64,000 nucleotides of DNA, taken from Owenia fusiformis (lineage: Eukaryota). The stretch covers positions 42,346,001-42,410,000 of the forward strand of contig CAIIXF020000001.1 in NCBI GenBank assembly GCA_903813345.2, read 5' to 3'. Both the position numbers and the translations under genes were made by a program. This document shows positions 1-13,016 of this stretch, piece after piece; position 1 is the stretch's first letter, and the number at the start of each line of letters is the position of its first letter. The notes under the pieces are model-generated. The model was not told where the DNA came from. It ran no database searches and was given only the letters and a program-made list of their open reading frames with translations.

Positions 1-518
1 TTATTTATTTTGCACCGTAGATTAGTTCAATATGGTATATTAACGTGTAACTATATCTAGTACAGTGTAGTAGAAAACAAAAACAACGTACAACAGCAAT
101 TGTGCTATCATTTATGATATAAGTACAAAATAATTGTCGAATTATACAGTACTTAGTAAAATCTAATCTTGGAACAAGATAGTGGATTGTATAAAAATAT
201 AATTACGTATATACTCGTATATTAAAAGTTCGCCAAATAATGTTCATTTATGCCGAATTGATGTGTTGCTTCATCCAAAAATGCAAAATCTCTTTCATCA
301 CTCAAAATGCAAAAAGCTAGGGTTGAGATAATAATATCTAATATCTATCTAATAATTCTAAAATGGTGGGAGTTACAGGAAGTGTACCTTAGCTCCTCGT
401 TGGTTTTACTTAAATATACTTTGATGACTTTGTTGAAAAGCTCGCCAACACGCGCATATGTGTACACGCACTACATGCCTCGCCTTAACGCGGGCACAAA
501 CACACAGTTGCCCGTTTT

Positions 519-795
519 CATTTGCTGGAATTACACCATGCGTTTTAGAAAGGCGCCTGAGGTTTTAACCCGTTTAAAAAATAGGTGTAATCAAGATTGC
601 TGTTCTACAAAAGCACTTTCCCAAAACTCCTAGAACCATAGTCACCAAAAAACGTCAAAAATGCAATAGGTCATCAAATTATATCGAAAAATTGAAAGCA
701 AGTTCACATCACTGGCAAAAGTCTCGGTTACGTTTTCTCTAAGATGTTAAAATAATACATTAATTGTAGATGTACACATCTGCTGGATATTCTCT
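519..795 (+). mobile_element. Truncated, internally deleted copy of the CACTA-like MITE at 8748-9344
   Basis: Starts CATTTGCTGGAATTACACCATGCGTTTTAGAAAGGCGCC, nearly identical to 8748 onward; 663-795 matches about 9058-9181; no right TIR. Confidence 0.75.
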
Positions 796-2001
796 AGTAA
801 AGAAAGACATTAATTAAAAACTGTGTGGCAGTAAAATGATTTTATAGCTCCTTTCTTCTTCTATTTAATAGTTCTATTTTCATTGGTTATGGGGGGGGGG
901 GGGCACGCATCGCACTTATGAAAGATTCCTCTCACAAGACTCAGCTATTAATGCATCTGCATCAGATGTACATCTGCAATCAGATATACATGATCTGATC
1001 TATATTCGATAACAAATATTGATACTCATGCTCATGATCTTGTCAGAAACAATAAGTGATTTTTTTCTACTTCATGGTAAGAACGATACATTTTTTGCAA
1101 GGTAATATTCTGTATTTACATTAAAGTCACTCATGCAGCTGTCACTCATGCAGCTGTCTTTTTTTCAATTAAATTACAGGTTTATCAAATCGAAGTATAT
1201 GTCACTCTGGAAGAGATAAATAGAATTGATCAAGAAAGTAAATATTCAGATTGTTAAAAATTGACTGCAATCTCACCTATTATAATGTGTATCATGGTAA
1301 AAGGTCTCAAAATTGAAATTTCGAGACTAATTAATGATAATCCTAAAATTCACGAAGCCTACCCCTATACATTTTAGGGGTGGGGATAAAAATGGCCAAA
1401 AGTGAAAAAATAATAGAGGAAAGGGCACAATTGATTTTGCACCCAGGAAGGTTGTCAGGTCATATATGGAGTTCCACGATTTGTTCCCTTTTTTAGGTTT
1501 TTTGCAATGGCGAGAATAATATTTGAGGTCATGTATTTGCCATAAATTATAAAAACGAGGTATTTGTTACACTTCTAATATGATAAAGATACAAGAAAAA
1601 CATCTATTTGCATATTTTAATTATCATGTAATCAAGGCAAAACGTATATGCTCTATGTAAAAACATGAATATTCAGTGGAATTGGCCAGTTGACTATGGT
1701 GAAAACAAGATCGCCATGATGTTTGGAAGCATGTACCTGGACATGACTTCTTTGCGCCCTATAGGAGATCCATTGAAAAATTCATGGTGGACCAATGTCC
1801 TGACACAGTAGGGACTCCTGGCACTTCAGTCCTTCATCAGAACCACACATCCAACATGCACATGAAGGGCACATGATATGGAATTTTACCTCTTGATTTT
1901 GAATCTTGGACAGATACCCAGCAGATTGAAGTAACCTATATTCAAATTCTGATGCATGGTACTCCAACTACAACTTTATTGTGTAACACAATTAATGTTA
2001 A

Positions 2002-2798
2002 CCCTACTATCACACCAAACGAGTTCTCACTACGTTCTCGAAAATGGGCTTCAACTGTGTACCAACGGACTGGACGTACTTAGAACCGTTTGGGATCTTT
2101 TTACAAACTTCATCGATCGTACTCGAACGGGTAGGTCCTCTAGAACTTAGAACATGCTCAAAATGTTCTCTTGGTCGTCACGTTCTACAATTAGAACGAG
2201 TGACAACCTACTAACAACGAGCTGGACGTACTACGAACGGAACCGTCGTACTTCAATCCTACTAGGGACGTTTTTACAACGAGTTGAACTGTCCGAGGAC
2301 GTATCGAGAACGAAGTAGAACTAATTGCAAACGGGTTAAAACTGATTAAGAACGTATTTATCACCGAGTTAGCAAAGATATAGCTATCACACCAAGCAAG
2401 TTGCCACTGCGTTTTTCAAAACTGGTTTTAAACTGTGTGCGAACGGAATGAACGTAGCTACAACGTTTTAGGGTCTGTTTACGAACTTCATGGACTTTCC
2501 TGGACGGGGAATGTGATTTAGAATTTTGAATCGATTCAAATTCGATGGCGACCATACCGTTCTGTAATCAGGTTATGATGACCTTCTAGACTAAGTGACG
2601 CGTTATACGACGTTGCACACCGACGTGGTGCGACCTGAACGAACTGCGAATGAGATGGACGTATTGAATACTGTTTATGAACGAAGTAGCTAATTATTTT
2701 AGACATATTTCCCGACCACAGCCAGATTGAGCCCGTTTTACGACGTTTTCGCAGGACTGGCAAGAACAGGTAAGAACTAGTTTGGTGTGATAGGGGGG
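2002..2798. mobile_element. PIF/Harbinger-type MITE
   Basis: TIRs CCCTACTATCACACCAAAC / GTTTGGTGTGATAGGGGGG; TAA on both flanks (1999-2001, 2799-2801); many internal GAACG/CGTTC motifs. Confidence 0.85.
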
Positions 2799-3557
2799 TA
2801 AGCTGTGAGACTTGGTGACTTCAAGCTTTATAAAGACATGTCAAGCAGTACAATTAACACATTGAACACAACCGAAGAAAATGGAAAAATGTGAAACACA
2901 TATAAAGAAGAAAATTATTTAAAGATGAGAACCAGCAATTCCCCCCATCACTTTAACAAGATGGCACGATCAAGACTGGACTTAAGGCAGATATCTTAAA
3001 ACCAATTGAAGATGTCTAAATGGAGAGATCAATACACCAGTTGTTGAAGCCCTCTTTCTCGATGGTGCAGTAATACTCCACCTGCTGAAAACACATGAAG
3101 CAAGAACCTTCCACAGTACTCGAATACTCGAATCTTCATGAGAAAAGTATGTTGCAGATCATTACTTAATAGAGTAAAAAACTGATATTGTTTGTTCAAT
3201 GTGTACCAAATAGTCTCAAATCTTCAACTGTGATCTGGAAAGTGTCATCTAGTTTATCAAAAAAACAAATTGCCAGGAAATTGGCCAGAATTTTACGCTC
3301 AGACGACAACAAAATTGATCTCTACCTTCCTTGCATCACATTTCTCAGTCATTCCAGTATCAGAGAATAAAGTCCTGGTTATATTAATTGGAAATACTGC
3401 AGAAGCATATCCTAGGCAGAATGTTTCTGGAATTTCGCCATCGTCCATGAATAGGCAGACTCTCTAATTAATTAAATTTCTGCACATACATGACACAATG
3501 AAAAAACGTTACACAAAAATGATGATTAAAACAGTTGATTGTTCTGGCAGTTAGTAT

Positions 3558-4433
3558 GACGTGTCGCAAAAAGGTCGCGCACGCATTGTTACACATTTTC
3601 GCTTTTTAACACCACAGAATGTGACGTTTTTTGAGAAAAATGTACACATATGGAAATCCTTTCGTCCTCCACATTTGCCTCTATATCTCAAAATATTTAA
3701 AGCGAATAACTCTGATATCGTATATGTATTAACAATGGGATAGGAGCATCATAAAACACGAATCAATTGATATTTTAGGTGAAATAAATATACGTGTTGC
3801 TATGCTTGAAAATATGCGAATGGCGTAAATTAGCCTTATTTTAATGAACTTTAAAAATCTTTCGTCTTCCACTTTTCCACATACAACAGAAAACACATAC
3901 TTTTGCGAACAAAATCAACTATTTATTAATAAACTAGAGTTTAGGAGCAAAATAATCATGTATGATTTATTAAAAATTGATCTCGTATTTTTTGTTTAAT
4001 GTACACCTGAAAAGTTGAAGGTAACAAAAATGAGCAAAAAAGGTCGCTGTCAACAGATTCTATTTTTCAAACTCTATGACGTCACAATATGGGACGCTTA
4101 CTAAAATTCATCCTTTAAAATAAAACTTCCATCTACCTTTATCAAGACGAAAAATAAGTATATTAGTCATATATTGTTTGAGTTATGAGCGTTTAAAGAC
4201 GAAAAATAATTCAAAATGTAACGTGTCAACTTGCCAGATGTTTTGGTAAAAAACTCTTTTTAAAAGAACACGCAAGAATCGTGAACGGATCGTAGTTGAT
4301 CAAAAAACTTCATCGAAGCAGCTTTAAAATGATATATAACTTTAATTAGAATATTATCTTATAATCCGGGGAATTAATGTTACATTCACGCGATACCCTT
4401 AAAAACAAATGCGCCACCTTTTTGCGACACGTC
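3558..4433. mobile_element. Non-autonomous TIR element with TAT TSD (Zator-like)
   Basis: Perfect 18-bp TIRs GACGTGTCGCAAAAAGGT / ACCTTTTTGCGACACGTC; TAT on both flanks. Superfamily is inferred from the TWT-type TSD only. Confidence 0.75.
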
Positions 4434-5227
4434 TATAGCTACACAACTCAATATACAAATCTGGCTAGCCTTTGGCAAGGGAAAGTCCTATAGATACCTA
4501 TCCAGTCCATAAAATTACCCATGTAATGACTCAGAAAGTCACATTTCCCAATATTTCATGCTATGACTGGGTGGGACACCACCTCAGGGTTTAATGGAAA
4601 ATGTTAGACATCAGAAGCCTTATTCATAAAGCCAACGTAAATATTTCCATTTACGTCCACGTTACTCAATTGTACGTTGGACGTAAAAACGTCTCTCCGT
4701 CGTATTCATAAACATATGCGGAAATTGAAGATCTACGTTTAACTTTCCGCAAGGACCTATGCAATGAAAATAATATACTATATACTCCCATATCATGTCC
4801 CAATTCTGTGACCACCTGCATGTACGTATTTAAATATGGTTGCATCGTCAACGTACGCGTAATTTGACACGTTTCTCGTTGTTATGGTTGCGTCTTGATG
4901 CTTATACTCCTATATAAAAGCTTACTGTATTCCATTCGAGTTCATTTTCACCACATTCCCAAGCAAAATCATGTCTGAGAAATAAAGACAAGTAAACTCT
5001 CCATCTTCGGAAAATGAAAATTGAACTTAAACAAGAGATATATGCCTGCTATAGTCGTTGGTTGGCTGGCCCCGACCATATCCTCTGTCACATATTTAAA
5101 GGTACTCGTGGAAAAAGAGCGCAGTGCTAGAGTAACAAAAAGAAATGAACCCCAATTGATTTACAAAAACTACTACTGTTTTTGGCAATACCTGAATTAT
5201 TGGTGTGAATACTACAATGTACATGTA

Positions 5228-5878
5228 CCAGGTCGTTCAATAAGTTCTCATAATTTTGCTCTCATTTTAAGAGTTTTTTATATTTTTCCATGAAAATTTC
5301 ACAGACGATGCAGAATGTATCTGTGTAACAACCCTGCAAAAATTAAGTTTTAATTCTAATGGTCGTGAAAATGGCGGTTGTTATAGTAACATGAAAAATG
5401 GGTAGGCGGGGCAGATTATTTGACGTCATAGTGGCATATAATTCAGTTCAACATTGTGGAGAGTAACAAGTGTTTTAATGTCATGTAGTCCCATTTATCC
5501 CATGAAATAGTATGGGGTAAATGTTTCTATTCCTACTTTAAATGCTCAAAATAATGTCCATTGGATGCGACACACTTTCGATGACGTTCTACCCAATCCT
5601 GGAAGATTTTATGGAATCCATCAGGAAATCTAGCTCTGAGAGCATTTTGGACTGCATTCTGCAAATCTTCTGTCGATGCAAATCGAAAACCTCTCAGCTC
5701 ATCTTTCATTCGGCCAAACACGCCAAAGTCGCATGGGGCTTCATCAGGTGAATATGGTGCCTGTGGGAGAACTTCCATTCCGAGTTCTCCTATGGTGTTC
5801 AGTACAAGTTCTGCCCGGTGACACGGGGCATTATCCTGATGAAATATTCTTGTCGCCAACTCTAGGAGGGGGCGTTTC
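5228..5878 (-). mobile_element. 3' half of a mariner element
   Basis: TA|CCAGGTCGTTCAATAAGTT mariner-like terminus at 5226-5246 downstream of the transposase stop; the 5' half is absent. Confidence 0.8.
5533..5877 (-). pseudogene. Mariner transposase C-terminal fragment (D34D)
   Basis: KRP...FHQDNAPCH...PYSPDEAPCDF with 34 residues between the two catalytic Asp; ends WVERHRKCVASNGHYFE. No N-terminal half. Confidence 0.92.
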
Positions 5879-5914
5879 TAATTAATTAATTAGTAATTAG
5901 TAATTAATTAATAA

Positions 5915-6077
5915 GTAATTCGCTGTACCAACTCCAAAATTAAATACCTCGGTAATCTAAACCTCGTAAGAAGCTCCCTATCATCAAAGATTTCGAGGGG
6001 AAGCTACGATCCTTGAACAATCGCCCTCGTCTTAGTGCATGCGTTCTTTCTTGTAAGTAATGATGGCGCATTGGCAT
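5915..6077 (-). pseudogene. HARBI1-like Harbinger transposase N-terminal relic
   Basis: Minus strand reads MPMRHHYLQERTHALRRGRLFKDRSF, then after a 1-nt frameshift PLEIFDDRELLTRFRLPRYLILELVQRI, resembling the Harbinger transposase N-terminus. Confidence 0.75.
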
Positions 6078-8381
6078 TCGAAAATGATTTACGTTGAACG
6101 TATACGAAAGATAAGTTGCTGTTTACGTTTGGACAACTAACAATTAATGGCATTTTCGTACCTATCTTTGGGACCAGCAATATATTTGAAGATGTCAAGC
6201 AAATGACAAATAATTACAATTATACGCATTACATCTAAGACAAGTGTTTCAAAAAATCTCATGGTAATTGGATACCAAACATATGAATAAACCGTGTTTT
6301 TAAGGCTGGACGTAAAGTTACACGGTGAAGATACTTGGCGTAAATATTTTGTAAGATCCGCAGGACTTTACGTTCATCGTAAACTTACGTTGTTACTTTA
6401 TGAATACCAAAATAAATTTCCGCAATACGATACGTTGACGAAAGTCTTACGTTGGCTTTATGAATAAGGCTTCAGCCTGGAACCGATGGAGTAGTCCTTC
6501 CCTGAATTGACTATAGTATTAACAGAAATCTCTATAAGGCCCGATGTTCTGCTTTATTTTAAGAGTAGCGCATTTAGTGATCATTTGAGGATTTGTTTCG
6601 CAAACGGCGATTTCTTTTACACTATTTAATCCGCTATACGCGATTTCGGTCTTTTAACAATGAACAGAATAACAAAGGTACCGTCCCAACAGACTCCCAT
6701 TTCTGCCCCCATCAGAATCAAACTTATTTTGCATCTAAAGTATCCTCACAAATGTACTTCACAATAATATTTCAAAATTAGGTCAAATGATGTGCCAATG
6801 AGGTCACTGGGTGCAAAAAGGTCAAGTTGGTAAAATCAATCTAATGATCAAGTAATTTCCTTAAACATACCTAAATAAATAAAATCATGAGTTAAACCTG
6901 ACTTTACATTTATTTCCATGGGAAATAGGTATCTTAATAGCCTTTGAGTAGTATTTGCACGAACACAAGGAAAATGTTTGGACATTTTTTAGTCAAAATA
7001 CATGTACTGGTATACTGTCAAAATATTGTATTGTAATATATTTGATATTAATATTCTAAAGCTTTGATACAACATATTAGTATTTATTGAATTTCTATGG
7101 GTACCAATAGGTACAATTGCTGAAACTTGAATGTACAGTCCTTCAAAAAACTTAATTAATTTATTTAGGTCTAACCACCCTCCCCTCCCCCTTGTAACAA
7201 AACCAAAAATCTTGAAAAGTGGTGGAGAACACAGCTCATAGTGAATTTGTCCATTCAATGAACCATGGTTCATGTTCAATTGAGACGGGTAAATAATGGG
7301 AGTCTGGATTATAATCCCTTTTTATGCCACATATCATGCATCATCAGACATAAATCTGCTGGATACATTTCAGTAGGGATTACATTATGCGTAGTTCACT
7401 TAAATACTACTTGAAAATTGTTTTTAAGGCTTTATTTACCACATTTTCTAAAGAACACTAAATTTCACAAATAATCTGCCATAATGGGAGTGGTTACAAA
7501 AATGGGCCAGAAATCATATTGTTTACAAAAATATTCACTATATTTTTCAAGAAAATGAAAATACACATATCAGTCAACAATATTTTGAATTCTTTTTTTC
7601 AAAAATCTATAATTGCGTCCTAAAAGGGATCTCAATAAGACTGTACCTTTCGGTCATATATTGCGTCATAAATCATAAAGTCTTGGTCTTATTCCTTAAA
7701 TATGACTGCATGTTCATAAATTACCACAGAGAAAGACAATGAAAAAAACTGAATGTTTTTTTGTTGTTGGCTAATGCGACATTGAATGATTTAGAATCAT
7801 CTAGATCATCTAAATCATAACATTTATTGACCTCCCTTATTGTATTGTATTGTCTAAACTTAGCAAATGAAAAAATATTTGTTCTCAAACAAGTGCATTG
7901 TCATTTATAAGTGTTTCAACATCCTTATGAAAAATGTAAGAAATGAATAATAATGATTGATGAGTGATAAATTTCACGTTGTCATGAAGATCAATTTGTC
8001 TAAAATGTACCAGATGTTTTTTTATCAATATTTGCTAATAAATTAATAATTTCTTTGTTACATCTGAAAGGTTACAATCTCCAAAAATATAAACTTGACT
8101 TCGCTCGACTTTTTTTGTGACAAAGCTATAATATAGTTGAAACCTTTAGGTTTTGGGTTACAACTTTCTTAATCCATTCACGACGACAATCGATGATCGA
8201 GTAGATGAAACTTAATTTGCAGTGGGAATATAATAGGCAGAATAGATTAACGTTGAGATTTTTTGTTTGTTAAGTTGCTGATGGGGCAATACGAATGATG
8301 TCACAGATGAAATTGTTCCGTCATAACTTTGAATCACAATTATATCATATGACGAATTGATAGTTACCTTGACGACTTATA

Positions 8382-8650
8382 TGACTTGGTCCCTTCGGTT
8401 GTTCGTACGTTTGTGCATAGCCACGCGGTCTGTATTCGTGTATATAACGCCTGCTCTTCGGTCTATATTTCTTAAATAAAGGCGTGGGAATCATGTCACC
8501 GGAAGTCACGCCCTCGCGGCCTCACGGCTCTCGTAACAAATGTGACTGCTTAAGTATCTGACCGTAGAAATTCCAAAGATAGCCGTAGGAATGTTGCTTG
8601 TCGCAGAAACGATAGACCGTACAGTCGCCGTAGTAAATGTGACTGAGGCA
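8382..8650. mobile_element. Degenerate Harbinger-like MITE
   Basis: Right end ATGTGACTGAGGCA|TTA and left end TGACTTGGTCCC resemble the termini of the 45313-45452 MITE; the TIR match is imperfect. Confidence 0.4.
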
Positions 8651-8747
8651 TTAGTTAGTTACACAATAAACATATAACACACCTGATAGCTATAGTCCCC
8701 TGAAAATAATGCGAAGTTGTGTTATAGAATTATGAACAATTAAATTA

Positions 8748-9344
8748 TACTTGCTGGAATTACACCATGCGTTTTAGAAAGGCGCCTAAGGTTTTAAACC
8801 GATTTAAAAAATCGGTGTAATCACGATTGGGGATTTACAAAAGCGCTTATCCAAAACTCCTAGAACCCTAGTCACTAAAAACGCCTTAAATCGTTAGGCG
8901 CTTTTGGAGTGTAGTGTAATACCGATCGGTTTTTGTAAAATGCCTTACCCGGGTTTTTACCATTTGCACTAAACGAAATAAGACGTATTTCGAATGCTAC
9001 ACATTTGTATATTGCGCCACCGCAAAAATACAGGAAATGATGGATGGGACACAAAAGTGCATTAGGTCATCAATTATATCGCAAAAATTCAAAGTTAGTT
9101 CCCACCGCTGGCAAAAGTATTTTCTCTTATATCCTAAAATAATACATTTATTGTATATGTACACATCTGCTGGTTATTCTCCATATCTTCATCGTTGAAA
9201 AGCGTTTTAGAAATGACAGATGTAATTTCAAAATAAAATTCCTAAGGCGCTTTAGAAATGTCGATGTAATCAGGATGGCGATTTTGTAAAGCGCTTTCCA
9301 CTAACGCGCTTTTAGCGTTTTTTCTGGTGTAATTCCAGCAAATG
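8748..9344. mobile_element. CACTA/EnSpm-like MITE with 3-bp TSD
   Basis: TIRs TACTTGCTGGAATTACACCA / TGGTGTAATTCCAGCAAATG; TTA on both flanks (8745-8747, 9345-9347); repeated GCGYTTT and TGTAAT subterminal motifs. Confidence 0.8.
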
Positions 9345-10756
9345 TTAGCAATAGTTGAACATGTCTTTGTCTTAGTAGATAGGTTTTTGCAGGTCTAATG
9401 ATCTCCTAATGGCTCCTAATAGAAGTATCAATTGTATCTAGAAAGCTTAACATGCTCATCAGGGGTCACAAAACGAACAGTAAAATGGTATACTTAAGAG
9501 CACACGATGTTCTGCTGACACTTTGCCTATAACAGGATAATCACAATTAATGTGCATCCTTGCATCATCACGTAACCTTCCAATGCTATTAACTATTTCC
9601 AGTCGCAGATAGAGGTTATTTTGTAAATTATGCACCGGAGAACACCCAATTCCACATTGACTCCTCGAGTTAATCTACTACCTAGCAATCTGGTCTTGGT
9701 ACAATAAATCGTGTTGCATTCTTAGTTGAAAATTGTGATTTTCATACCTTGTATCGAAAATTCCAAAGGAACTTATTTCATTCCAGTTGTATTTTCAAAT
9801 TCTTAACTGATACTTACATAACTCGAAAGCCAAAAAACATTATTAATAAAATAATGATAATCAATAAATTTATGTTGCCAAAATAATAAGCTTCAATCTA
9901 TTTATTAATGTAGGCTCGCAGGATTAAACAATGACCAGACAATTCGAAAGAGTCTTGGAATGTGACTAGATTAAATTATGTTCTCTTTTTCGAGCAGAAT
10001 AATCGTTTAAACAAGCATATCACGAGGATAGTATCGTGTTCAAATATCGTTCATCACATTATCCACAGAGAAATGGCAATTGAGTAAAGACATTTAGATA
10101 TTAATAATTTCTATTTCCATTAGCGGCACTTGTTGCGAGATGAAACTTGATATGAAATGTTCATTCTATCGCTTAAACCTTCGAGATTGCAATGCAACTA
10201 ACAAAAACACTGATTTGATTTGTATTCTTTAGAAAACAACCTCTCGAATAATTGACGTAAGAATCCAGATGAATACCGATCAGAGTTTTGTTTCTTGTAT
10301 TGTCGATAGGCCTGAAAATGAGAAAACCCGAAGAAAGACATCTATCATTCTAAATGAAAGAAATTTCACAAAAATGCGTCAATAATTCTAACCTCGAAGA
10401 AACTTGACTTTTATATATGATTATCTTTGAACACTCGTCCTGTTGATCCAAACTTACTGTTCATTGCAAACATCTTATGCAGATATAAATATGTCGTTTG
10501 CCATTTCATTGGTAACATGAGATTTACACTAAATCAGGATAATGTGATTACTGTATTTGATTAACGATATGAAAACAGAAAGACATATAATGACATATGC
10601 AGAGGCGTTATTAATCAGATAGCAGGACCGCTGTGTTCGTAAACGCAATTTCGAATAAAAATCATAACAATTTATGGAAATTATCAATAATATGACACAC
10701 ATTAATATCGGGCAAGGCGAGCAATTTATTTATACGTTTGAATTAGTAAAAAGATG

Positions 10757-10878
10757 GAGTTTAAGCTTGCAGTGTTTATCACAACTTAAACACGAATGGA
10801 AAATATTTAAGCGATGCATTTGTATGGGTGATTGGTCATACGTATAGGTTGGCGTTTCGACTTTTTATGCAAGCTTAA
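10757..10878. mobile_element. ~125-bp MITE, copy 1 (inverted relative to 26620-26744)
   Basis: Ends GAGTTTAAGCTTGCA ... TGCAAGCTTAA; the body is the reverse complement of 26620-26744. Confidence 0.7.
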
Positions 10879-11223
10879 GGTCTCGATTATATCTGCTGCA
10901 GGCAGGATGAATATAACCAAGGGAAACAGCGTCAACACTTCGGAAACAGTACGGCAGTACTTAAATGCAACTTCAACTTGCTTCAATTTTTTAAAAAACC
11001 ATCTACAAGTTCTCATGAGAAAGATGAAATCTGACTTTAGATTTGAGATTTCACCTTCAATGACCTTCTCAGGGTCAAAAAAGGTATTTTTTCAACTTGC
11101 TTCAAATTGACCAATTTTTTCAAAATCATCTACAGAGTTCTCAGAAATTCAAATCTTAAAGATTGAACTAATAATATTGTGGTGGTGGTGACATTTTGTC
11201 ATGTTAATGCATTGTGTAATTTA

Positions 11224-11627
11224 GCCGTTCACCAATCGGACATGATCAAACATCGAGGAAGTTATAGGGTATATATTTTTAACGGACATGCAAGGACAAT
11301 TGTGCACGTCGGACATCAATAAACGTCGTCCGTCGTCGAACTGTTTCGTCTGCTCTCCGGACATTGTCCGTCGTTGTCCAGTTTTGTCCGTTTTTATCCG
11401 ATGGAAAGAATGAACATGTTAATTTCTTATATCGGACATCACCGGACAATGCAAGGCATTTTATCACGCAACGGTCATATGATCACTTTCTCACAAAATA
11501 GCGCTGTACTTTGGACATCATTGGACAAAACAGGACATCATGGGATAAAAAAGACTACTTCGAACAATGTCCAGCTGACAAGTTTGGATAAAATGGACAA
11601 AGTTGTCCGATTGATGTGCGACTAGCT
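11224..11627. mobile_element. Degenerate Harbinger-like MITE rich in GGACA/TGTCC motifs
   Basis: CAATCGGACA near the left end and TGTCCGATTG near the right end; right terminus TGTGCGACTAGCT|TAA. Confidence 0.55.
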
Positions 11628-13016
11628 TAAATCATATTTTTGTCCTCTTTGTATGTTGTTTTATTCGCCTGAAATACACTGTGCAAAGGCATCTTTGACC
11701 ACTTCAATATTCAAAAAAGTATATTTTGCCTTTAAAAACCTCAAAAATGATCACCAAAATCCATCGATAGATTTATTATGAATACATGTATATTTGCATA
11801 ATGCATTAGATTCAATACGAAATGAAAAAGTTATGAATCTGCAAAAATGATTGGATTAACTTACCAAAGACGTTTGTCAAGAAAGAAACAACCACGCGTT
11901 TTCGCCAACATGACATCCTCTTTCCATTTCTAATCTTTTGAACGCTATAATTTGCATAATACGTGTAAGTATTAAAATAGCAGCCTTGTGATCATCACAT
12001 CATACTTTATGGTTTATAACAACCATAAATTTCTTATAACGACCATGATTAGCCAAGCTATGTGAGAGCACAGTACATGGCATTAACATGCAATATGTCA
12101 CCACTCCAAACGCCGTCAAAAACGTTGGAGACCATGACAATATGTCACCACTTTTGGTGGTGACATAACAATAACGATTCTAACATATAAATTCTATCGC
12201 CTTGAAGGATGCCTCTAGATTTCTTCATGATACTTTTAAGACAAGATGGTTCAGTATTCCCCCATATGTTCTTAACTTAGCTTTGTTCGAGAGAATGGGG
12301 TCTGAACGTTATCCATGCCTTTTCAGATGTTCTTAACCAGGTCGAGTTTTATGGGTGGAACATTAATAATATAAAGTACAAAGTTGATTGTTGCGTATGG
12401 AATCATCAAATGCTAAATCAGGACACGTTTGTGCATTTTGGGGTTAATTGAATAAAGTCCATAAATATGAGTAACGGTGTATTTTAACAAACGTCAATTA
12501 TTTCAAGATGCCAGATGTTATATCACATTGTTAATGATGATTGGTGGTGCTAGGCACCCCTACGGATTAATCAACAAATTACTTCAGACGTATTTGATAT
12601 ATAAACTATGAAGACGTGCTATTTATTAAGTAATATAAATTGATGATTATACACAGCTGTTATTGTGTTATTGTGTTACATGACACTTCATAAAAAGTAA
12701 ATTCGTTGGTTTTCGACCAATCTATTTCTTGATGAGCAGGTTCATCCTTTGGCAAAAATCACGAATATCGATCTTCACTCTTGCTTTCATGGATACACTA
12801 CATATAATACTTACACTCTCATAGATATGAATTTAAACCACAGTATATTCATCTGTCATTAAACGTTATTATTTAAGCCATGGAAGAATATTGTACCATT
12901 CCTGATTTAGCAAACGGCTCCAATAAACAAGTACATGTGAAATAAGCAACTACACCATATTTTCGAGGGAATAACATAAGATGTCTGCAGGTATATAGAG
13001 ATTATCTTATATGAGG

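Larger units (their letters stand above)
4615..6472. mobile_element. Internally deleted PIF/Harbinger element (CAG TSD)
   Basis: 26-bp TIRs AAGCCTTATTCATAAAGCCAACGTAA / TTACGTTGGCTTTATGAATAAGGCTT; CAG on both flanks (4612-4614, 6473-6475); contains a transposase N-terminal relic and many ACGT subterminal motifs. Confidence 0.85.
1630..6530 (+). pseudogene. Decayed Academ-type DNA transposase gene interrupted by three insertions
   Basis: Manual translation across stops and frameshifts gives IQWNWPVDYGENKIAMMFG (~1670), AVRLGDFKLY (~2802), ENQQFPPSL*QDGTIKTGLKADIL (~2930), FLDGAVILHLL (~3055), VPNSLKSST, LPGNWPEF/LRSDDNKIDL (~3270), MMIKTVD (~3520), IWLAFGKGKSYRY (~4460), FPIFHAMTGWDTTSGFNGK (~4545) and TSAWNRW across 4615/6472. 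This order matches the motif series I recall for Academ transposases, including the XPG-like FHAxTGCDT. Ends are approximate. Confidence 0.8.

Noticed and set aside
2002..2798. CRISPR-like array suggested by recurring short motifs here and at 11224-11627
   Set aside because: The motifs are short, irregular and enclosed by TIRs; no constant repeat-spacer period, no cas genes, eukaryotic context.
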